From: a virus
DNA length: 64,000 nt
Direction: 5' to 3' (one strand)
IMG/VR virus record: IMGVR_UViG_3300032675_000009
Location: 1-64,000 of that record
This document shows, in pieces, positions 57,494 to 64,000 of the stretch; position 1 is the stretch's first letter; the number at the start of each line of letters is the position of its first letter. The translations under genes were made by a program, and so were the position numbers. The notes beneath the pieces are model-generated. The model was not told the origin of the DNA and searched no databases. It was given only the letters and a program-made list of their open reading frames with translations.

Positions 57494-57763
57494 TTATGAT
57501 TCCGGTCCCAATGTAAGCTTAGCGCCGTCAATGCGCCGAGCAAGGGTAACAACCTCGTTGATCCCGTTACTCACGGCAATGGTGGCCGTGTTGATCGCGT
57601 CCACCCCTTGCTTAACCATCGGGCTTAGGCCGTCAATCACCTTGTTCGCCAATGTATCGAGATCCTTGGCCGACTGGGTTTCGAGCGCCGCGATCCGGTC
57701 CAGCGCCTCCTGTAGCATGGTCTGGGTTTTTGCCAAGTCAGCTTGTACGCCAAGGATGTCCAT
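57494..57763 (-). CDS. coiled-coil protein
   Basis: Operon packing. Confidence 0.55.
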   Translation of the reverse strand: MDILGVQADLAKTQTMLQEALDRIAALETQSAKDLDTLANKVIDGLSPMVKQGVDAINTATIAVSNGINEVVTLARRIDGAKLTLGPES

Positions 57764-57765
57764 CT

Positions 57766-57960
57766 TTATTTACCTGACAACTTTCTGGCCGCCTTAACGA
57801 TGGCCTGCTTGGTCGCGTGTGCCGCCTTCCTGCCCTGCTGGATTCGCTCCTTGATCGTCAATAGGTTAACGCCGATGGTGGTGCCGGCCGCTATGCCCGT
57901 CAGTGGAACTTTTGCGTCGCACAAGAGCGCGATGACAAAAAACGCGCAGAGCAGTTTCAT
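57766..57960 (-). CDS. small exported/membrane protein
   Basis: Hydrophobic N-terminus. Confidence 0.5.
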   Translation of the reverse strand: MKLLCAFFVIALLCDAKVPLTGIAAGTTIGVNLLTIKERIQQGRKAAHATKQAIVKAARKLSGK

Positions 57961-57961
57961 C

Positions 57962-58528
57962 CTAGAAAAACTTTCCGATTGAAAGGATCACGTTGGGGGT
58001 GACTTGATTTGGGACCACGGCCGTCGTTGAGGTAACCGCCGTTATTCCGACCTCAGCTACCACGCTCCACCCGGACAGTTTACCCGAAAGATCGTACTTT
58101 CCAAATCCGCCTCCACTGAAGTTTCCCACGGTTGGAGTGGCCGTTGAGATTCCAGCCGCAAGTAGTCCGCCAAGCGTGAAGTTGCCCGACTTGGCGAACA
58201 CCTTGGCTACGCCAGTGTCGACCGTGCTGTAGGTAGAATTGATCCGAAGATGGTTAACCCAGTACGTCCCGCTGCCGGTCCCGATCTCCAGCCATGTTCC
58301 AATTACTCCATTGGCCGCTTGCGGAGTGGAGTTCTGGGTGTAACTGGCACCAAACGTGACACCGTAGGCGAAGTCCTGTGGCGTGCTAACCGGAAGCGTG
58401 GGAGCGGCCGGCGCGGGGTTCGTGACCGTGGTCGTGGTTGCAACTGGGGTTGTGGTGGTTGTTGGGGTTGTGGTTTGAGCGCTCAGGGTGCCCGCGAGGA
58501 TTAATAAAGCGATAGATGGTGTTCTCAT
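57962..58528 (-). CDS. exported protein, possible small outer-membrane beta-barrel
   Basis: Signal ...GTLSA|Q, Thr/Pro linker, amphipathic strands, C-terminal Phe. Confidence 0.6.
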   Translation of the reverse strand: MRTPSIALLILAGTLSAQTTTPTTTTTPVATTTTVTNPAPAAPTLPVSTPQDFAYGVTFGASYTQNSTPQAANGVIGTWLEIGTGSGTYWVNHLRINSTYSTVDTGVAKVFAKSGNFTLGGLLAAGISTATPTVGNFSGGGFGKYDLSGKLSGWSVVAEVGITAVTSTTAVVPNQVTPNVILSIGKFF

Positions 58529-58538
58529 AATTGTTGGT

Positions 58539-58976
58539 CTACTTTCCAAATCGACGTGCGTACTCTTGCCAAAAGTCACCCAGGAAAATGGCTTGACCTT
58601 GGGCCAGTGTCAATCTCCCGGAGCATACATCCTTCTTCACTGCGGTCTCCAGCCTGTCTTTCTGCCGCGCCTCCGGCCAAATTTGCGGCCAAAGATTCTT
58701 GGGGTCCTGGGGCGCGCCGCCCACCTCGAGGGGTACTCGGTGGTCTTCCTCGTATGACTCCGGTATAGTGATCAGGCGAAGGTCGACCATCTGTTTCAAC
58801 TTCAGGGAGTCCGTGAAACTCACTGGCGGCCGAACCGCCTTGGTCCACGATGCCGCACAGATGGTCGTCTTGATATTGGCTTGGGTGACATTGGGATTGA
58901 TAGCCCCCGGCGTCCATGACGGTGGCAGGCTGTAATCAGCGGAGGATGCGGCGATCAGTAGGAGAAGTAACTTCAC
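58539..58976 (-). CDS. exported HNH-like protein
   Basis: Hydrophobic start; TPGA.NP, EEDH.VPLE.GG.P.D.KNLWPQ. Confidence 0.7.
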   Translation of the reverse strand: MKLLLLLIAASSADYSLPPSWTPGAINPNVTQANIKTTICAASWTKAVRPPVSFTDSLKLKQMVDLRLITIPESYEEDHRVPLEVGGAPQDPKNLWPQIWPEARQKDRLETAVKKDVCSGRLTLAQGQAIFLGDFWQEYARRFGK

Positions 58977-58978
58977 GG

Positions 58979-59564
58979 TTAGAGTATAGCCTCCGGGCCG
59001 GAAGTCGTCAATGTGATGTCCGAATCCGGACATGGCTTGAATACGCGTGCGATGTAGTTGGACAACTCAAATGGGATCATCGCCCGTTCCGCCTTCCAGG
59101 ATGACGACATTGATTCCTTGCGCCGCCCCCCCCCCGTTGAACTTGGGTAGCAAAGCCGGAACGTCGCCCCATAAGTACTGGGCTCCGTAGTGAGCTTTGG
59201 CTGTACCGAGCCATCGCTGGGCCTCGCGAACATTTTCCATGACGATGGGTAGGTTGGCCTCTTTGGCTATCCGCCAGCACGCCTCGATTAACGACAGGTC
59301 TGGCAGTGGTGGGTTACGTGCGCGCGTCCAGGGCATAGCGTGACGGCTAAACTCTTCGCACGGCATAGAGGCCACGATGACCGTACCGTGTCTTAGTTTT
59401 GTTCCGTCGATAGTCCGAACGTCCTGCAAGATGAGATCTCCTGGATACCCGTGGTTGACAACATCAAACCCGATACACCGGTAGCCTTCGGCTTGGAATC
59501 CAAGGGTCCAGCCGCCCTTGCCACAACCAAGATCAATGCAAAGTGGCTTCCGGTGTTCAGGCAT
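58979..59564 (-). pseudogene. C5-cytosine DNA methyltransferase, frameshifted in a G10 tract
   Basis: DLGCGKGG (I), SMPCEEFS (IV), ENV (VI); C-terminus AERAMIPFEL..YIA lies in another frame after 59126-59135. Confidence 0.7.
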
Positions 59565-59853
59565 ACATAGCCCTCTCTCGTTGCGTCAGAAAACGTCCGG
59601 TGTGAGGACAGCGCGGCGGTTCTGGTGTAGGGTGAAGGCACGCTTGAATCTCGATTAGTAGATGTGGACACGAGCACATTTTGTTAAACAGAGCCATGTG
59701 ATGAATATGAAACCCTGGTCGCGGCGGCCGTCCGGCGGCCAAAGTAAACACCGCACGGTGAAGGTACTGGTCGCGCCATTTTCCCGAATTCATTCGGAAG
59801 TATCCTTTGTGGTTGCGTCTCGCTGATCCAAAAATGGGATGGGTGATGGTCAC
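59557..59853 (-). CDS. HNH-family endonuclease (degenerate)
   Basis: KGY...YLHR.V......P.G..IHH....K. Confidence 0.55.
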   Translation of the reverse strand: MTITHPIFGSARRNHKGYFRMNSGKWRDQYLHRAVFTLAAGRPPRPGFHIHHMALFNKMCSCPHLLIEIQACLHPTPEPPRCPHTGRFLTQRERAMYA

Positions 59854-60008
59854 TTAGACACTCCGTTTCTTCCGAACTTCCGTCCGGCGCCGCCTACGTT
59901 CAGCCACGGCTTTCTGTCGACATCCAAGGCAACAGTATTTATCGCTAGGAAGTTGCGGCCGGAAATCTTTCTTGCAATGAGAGCAGGGGATTAGCGCGTC
60001 GGTAAAAC

Positions 60009-60446
60009 TCACACCTTCAGACCTTTCGCCAGCCGTCTCCGAATTACCCTGACATACTGAGCCCGATATCCCAACACTGTCTCAATCTCAACCGGCGTTT
60101 TCCCGGCCTTGAGCATGGCAATTATGATCGGCCGCTTGCGATCGTTCTCCGCGCGTTTCTCCGCGTTCGGGTTCCCCGGTTGGTAGTACCGTCCACACTC
60201 GCGGCATTTGAAACCCTTCTTGCCGGCGGTCGCCATGTCGCCATTGCAGAGGGGGCAGTGAACGCCTGGCACCGGCGTAAACCTAAATGACTTCGGTATC
60301 TTGGGCATCTCAATGCGGGGTTTATCCGGCGATACCTTCATCGCCTGATCGAGATCCCTGAACACGTCCGGGTCGCGCCAAGTGTCTTTCCAGTGGCGAC
60401 GTGGCGGCTCCCCTGTTTCAATCAGACTGGACAGTGAGCTATTCAT
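60009..60446 (-). CDS. zinc-ribbon + HTH protein
   Basis: CPLC...CREC; ML.AG.T..EI...LG....YV. Confidence 0.6.
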   Translation of the reverse strand: MNSSLSSLIETGEPPRRHWKDTWRDPDVFRDLDQAMKVSPDKPRIEMPKIPKSFRFTPVPGVHCPLCNGDMATAGKKGFKCRECGRYYQPGNPNAEKRAENDRKRPIIIAMLKAGKTPVEIETVLGYRAQYVRVIRRRLAKGLKV

Positions 60447-60799
60447 GATAAATTCCTTTCAGGTCTGAAGATAACGATGGCGCTCGGGAACGGAGCGCGT
60501 GCGGTGTGGTCGCGACGATCATTGAAATTCAACCGTCCACGCAGGAATCGAATCTCTCCCCGCATACACAGGGCGTGCCACCAACTGGTATCGGTGCGAG
60601 CCGGGAGTAGCATCACAACAGTGCAGCCGGCTTTGCTTGTTTCGTAGCCCTTGTGGATCCACCGATCGATCTGCCGGTCGTCAAAACAAAACTCCCGATT
60701 CAAAAAGTAAACAACGGAATGCGGCGTGGCGTGCTGGTCCGTGATCGACGACATCATACCCGGGTTCCATAATCGGCCAAGACTACTCATCGTCACCAT
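60443..60799 (-). pseudogene. phage N6-adenine methyltransferase (Dam-type) lacking the NPPY region
   Basis: TP......LN.EF.F, LLPARTDT.WWH, IRFLRGRL.F, APFPS; the catalytic NPPY segment is absent. Confidence 0.7.
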
Positions 60800-62207
60800 C
60801 CTGGTCTTCGTCCTCGGAGAACGTCAAGGTTTTACCGTTGAAGCGGCCCATGATTGTGCCAAGGGGTCCTGACCGGTTTTTTCGGATAATGAATTCGGCT
60901 AGTTGTTTTAGCTCAGGGCACTGCGGACGGTCCAAGATCTCACGGTAGGGAAAGATCACAACATCAGCCGACTTGGCGATAGCCGAACTCCCGTGAATCA
61001 TATTAAGGGTTGGGCGAGGGTCTCCGCCTTTATTGTTCTTGCCGGCTTCCTTCGTCAAGTGACTCAGGGCAACAACTGGAACCTTCAGGCGTTTCGCCAT
61101 GTTCTTTAAGCTCGGGGCGATGAAACTCAACGCCTCATTCTCGGAGCGAAAGTCTATGCCGGGATATCCACTTTTGAAATACGAAAGCAACTGCAGTTGG
61201 TCTAAGAAGATGGCCACGGCGCCATGCTTCTTCACTGCTGTTTGAGAAGCCATGTACACAGACTTCATCGTCGGGTATGCTTCGTCAGAAAAATAAAGAG
61301 GGTACTCCGCAGCCCGCCCGGCGGCCGTGGCGATATCAATCCTCTCCTGCTGGTCCAGTTGGCCGTATCGAAACCTATGGAACGAGACGCCAGAGTCACG
61401 AGCAATCAGCCTGAGCGCTTGGTCTTCAGAACTCATTTCCAAACTGAAGAACAATACCGGGCCCTGTGTCTTGACGATATGGATTGCCCACTGAAGGGCT
61501 AATGCTGACTTCCCTTCGGATGTCCTGGCCGCAATGATGATCAGCTTACCCGGATCCAGGCCGAAGATTCGCCGCTGGAGTTTGGGCATGCCGAAATGGA
61601 GGCCGCGAATCCGCAGGTGGGGGCTCAGGAAAGAGTTGATCCCCCCATCGCATCCCTCCATGATCTGCTTTAGTGAACGCAGGCCATGCTCTTCGTTTTC
61701 CTCGGTAGCCATCTCGGCTAGTCCGAGTTCGGCGCTGGCGAGAATGTCGGCCGCGCTGGACTCACCCATCAGCGCGAGATTCATAATGCGCTTTCCGTAA
61801 TCGATTGCCCGGCGAAGTGTGGTCTTCTCTCGGAGTAATAAGATGTAGGAATCCAGGTTGGGCAACCGGGGCATGTTCTCATCAAGGGAAATCAAGTACG
61901 TGAGTCCACCAACGGCTTCGTACTTCTTCGCTCGCTGGAGTTCGGTTGCGACGGTGATGCGGTCAATCTTCTGTTTGCGGTCCGAGATCGTCTTCATCGC
62001 CTCCAGGATGAACCTGTGTGACTCCAATACGAAATCGTCGCGGTCCAGCCGTCCCGAAACGTCATCCCAGTGAGAGTGATCTAGCAATACAGATCCGAGG
62101 ACTAAGCGTTCGGCGTCAAGGGCTTGAGGAAGCCCATGACGCATGGCGATATCTCCAGCCGACCTCTGAGGTTGTTCTTGCTTGCGTGGCTTTCGAATCT
62201 CAGGCAT
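60783..62207 (-). CDS. dnaB: replicative DNA helicase
   Basis: PQ...AE..VLG, VGG..YL, AARTSEGKS, FSLEMS, D.LQL, KNRSGP.G. Confidence 0.93.
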   Translation of the reverse strand: MPEIRKPRKQEQPQRSAGDIAMRHGLPQALDAERLVLGSVLLDHSHWDDVSGRLDRDDFVLESHRFILEAMKTISDRKQKIDRITVATELQRAKKYEAVGGLTYLISLDENMPRLPNLDSYILLLREKTTLRRAIDYGKRIMNLALMGESSAADILASAELGLAEMATEENEEHGLRSLKQIMEGCDGGINSFLSPHLRIRGLHFGMPKLQRRIFGLDPGKLIIIAARTSEGKSALALQWAIHIVKTQGPVLFFSLEMSSEDQALRLIARDSGVSFHRFRYGQLDQQERIDIATAAGRAAEYPLYFSDEAYPTMKSVYMASQTAVKKHGAVAIFLDQLQLLSYFKSGYPGIDFRSENEALSFIAPSLKNMAKRLKVPVVALSHLTKEAGKNNKGGDPRPTLNMIHGSSAIAKSADVVIFPYREILDRPQCPELKQLAEFIIRKNRSGPLGTIMGRFNGKTLTFSEDEDQDGDDE

Positions 62208-62853
62208 GGCGCTCACGGTGGATCGGTTCAGTGCTCAGCCGCATCTCGCCACAGTGGAACGCATTGACTTTGGTTCCCGAGTAGGTGGCGAAGTTGGCGA
62301 TGTCGGAACCGTCCTCGAACTTCACCATGAGTTGATTCCAAGCGCAGTCCTTGTAGTAGTCGTCGATCACCGAGCCGGCCTTGTTAGGCGGAAACAATGG
62401 GCCGTTATAGTAAACGCGGGTGCCGGTCGGGAACTTCTCAGTTAGGGTTTTTCGGATGTGCTCGTTCGCGGTCTTGTTGGCGCATAATTCGCGGTTCCAA
62501 ACACTTCCACAGGGGCAACCGTAGTGGTCAGCGCGGGCCTTCCGCTCCGTTTCTTGCTCTCGGTGGCTCTGGTAGGCTCTGCCTTCAAACGGTTCCTTAC
62601 TCATACGTTCCGCTTGCCGACGCAGCAAATCCTCCGCTTGCCGACGCAGCAAGTTCCGATCGAAGTAGTAGGGGGTATAGGTTCTGCCGAAGGAATCTGC
62701 GGCTTTAGCTTGCTTCGGAGGGACCGGATCTTGCGCCTGCCCGGCGGCCTCTAGTGCCCGACGCAGTTTCTCTTTCGCGACCCTGCCTTCGGCCTCGGTG
62801 CCCGGCCTATCCGCCAAGGCACGCAGTGCCGCTATTCTTCGGGAGTCCCTCAC
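62200..62853 (-). CDS. hypothetical protein
   Basis: LA.RPGT.AEG..A N-terminal motif; overlaps neighbours. Confidence 0.6.
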   Translation of the reverse strand: MRDSRRIAALRALADRPGTEAEGRVAKEKLRRALEAAGQAQDPVPPKQAKAADSFGRTYTPYYFDRNLLRRQAEDLLRRQAERMSKEPFEGRAYQSHREQETERKARADHYGCPCGSVWNRELCANKTANEHIRKTLTEKFPTGTRVYYNGPLFPPNKAGSVIDDYYKDCAWNQLMVKFEDGSDIANFATYSGTKVNAFHCGEMRLSTEPIHRERHA

Positions 62854-63203
62854 TTTTCAACCAACCTCTCCATCCGCAGTGATGCCGAAGAACGACCGTC
62901 CGCCGGCGTGAAGCTGGTTTCGTAAATCTCCCTCACCTGAATCGGTTTCGGAAAGAACTCGCACCGATCCGTTATCTGGGCCACAAGCCATTCCAGGTCA
63001 CCGGAGTAGCCCTTTAAGATTGGCGCGTAGTCCCGGTCAATGGCAACCCACTCGTCTGTCTTGAGGCCACGCACGATGCGCGCGACTGCTTTGGCGTACG
63101 CGGCCTTCGGCTTGCTTTCGGTCGGCTTACCTGGCAGGGAAATGCCGTCTATGTGGCTCCAGATCTCGTTCAGAAACTCAGCCGTCAACTTCACCTTACG
63201 CAC
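62850..63203 (-). CDS. hypothetical protein (possible helicase-loader-like)
   Basis: C.FFP.P..VRE motif; upstream of dnaB. Confidence 0.5.
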   Translation of the reverse strand: MRKVKLTAEFLNEIWSHIDGISLPGKPTESKPKAAYAKAVARIVRGLKTDEWVAIDRDYAPILKGYSGDLEWLVAQITDRCEFFPKPIQVREIYETSFTPADGRSSASLRMERLVEK

Positions 63204-63807
63204 CCTCCTTTCTTGGCGGTACGGCTACTTTGTGCTTATAGTCAACACTCCAACACGTAACGGACTCGTTCGCTTTACGGAATGCTTCACATGCGGCCTG
63301 CAGTTCTCTGATGCCATCCAGCCGTTCATAGGCAACATCTTCATCCATCTCGTCACATGCTGACTCAATCAGCCGCTCAATATTTGGGGCCTTGAACGGA
63401 AACTCCTCGCAGCAAAAAACGAACTCAGGCCGGTCCTCGTCAGGGCCGTCGTCTAGGTACTCCGCAAGTTCGTCAATGTCGGCAAAGTAACTATCTCCCA
63501 ATGATCCGTGTCCGCCCTCGAAGTAAACTGGGCCCGCGTAATTCGGAACCAACTCTGATCGGTCTAGCATCTCCGCTTCACGTTTCGCGCGGCGCTTAAG
63601 TTCACACTCGCGGTGATACAGTGACCTGACGTTACCTTCAGCGTAAGGAACGCGTTCGTCTTTGGCTAATATTCCTCCGCAGTCATAGCAAGTGCAGCAC
63701 TTTTGTGAGACGTCGAAGTTGCCCGGCGCCGCGACCCCACGACACTCCGAACACATAGACCACTTCGTCGGGGTACCGTCCGGGAGATGAAGGAAAAAGG
63801 CGTTCAC
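63196..63807 (-). CDS. Cys-rich hypothetical protein
   Basis: Operon packing. Confidence 0.6.
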   Translation of the reverse strand: MNAFFLHLPDGTPTKWSMCSECRGVAAPGNFDVSQKCCTCYDCGGILAKDERVPYAEGNVRSLYHRECELKRRAKREAEMLDRSELVPNYAGPVYFEGGHGSLGDSYFADIDELAEYLDDGPDEDRPEFVFCCEEFPFKAPNIERLIESACDEMDEDVAYERLDGIRELQAACEAFRKANESVTCWSVDYKHKVAVPPRKEGA

Positions 63808-64000
63808 TGTTCACCGTCTTTATGCTGCGCCAGTAGTGCTGCTGCTTCGGCTACGCAGGTCGGGCAGTATTTGTTCTTGGAATCGTACTCTCCGATGGAT
63901 ACCGCCACGAGTACGTATTCGGAGCAGCCGTCGCACGAAACATGCGTCCAAGACAAATTCCCGATGATCGCGTTGATGTCCTGCCACGTGGGGTTGTCCC

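Larger units (their letters stand above)
3415..59032. repeat. dispersed 16-bp palindrome TGTCCG-RWWY-CGGACA (about 16 copies)
   Basis: Starts at 3415, 12125, 18153, 25071, 28333, 31840, 38882, 40954, 42348, 43167, 46009, 50727, 51315, 55372, 55562, 59017. Confidence 0.92.

Noticed and set aside
1-64000. Alternative genetic code, or an integrase/prophage boundary
   Set aside because: Long genes are open in the standard code and end in all three stops; no integrase, att site or host genes were recognised.

Overview
The window is most of a tailed dsDNA phage genome (about 57% GC by eye) with podovirus-like virion organisation: no tape-measure gene, a nozzle-like protein, and a GNAT protein followed by ejection-type proteins. 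An Acidobacteria-like Gram-negative host is only a guess from signal-peptide style. Layout: (1) 1-4.7 kb, small leftward early genes and an ISL3 fragment. (2) 4.7-5.0 kb, a divergent promoter/palindrome zone with an IHF box. (3) 5-13.7 kb, rightward accessory genes: frameshifted RNA ligase, DUF550 dNTP pyrophosphohydrolase, VRR-NUC, inverted lysozyme cassette, ParB-like protein. (4) 13.7-54.9 kb, the virion block: TerL, portal, tRNA-Met, scaffold, capsid, adaptors, fibres, nozzle, ejection proteins, with a FliA-like sigma factor and a TnpB relic on the opposite strand. (5) 54.9-64 kb, leftward genes: Tad1, RusA, HNH, two damaged methyltransferases, DnaB. The most striking unexplained signal is a 16-bp parS-shaped palindrome, TGTCCG-RWWY-CGGACA, found about 16 times across the window, between genes and in several reading frames, in a genome encoding a ParB-N+HTH protein and one near-canonical parS. 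Other candidates: fibre-like proteins with Sec signal peptides, two protamine-like micropeptides with their own promoters, structured RNAs, and a poly-G-switched cytosine methyltransferase. All calls come from motif recognition by eye; no database searches were run.
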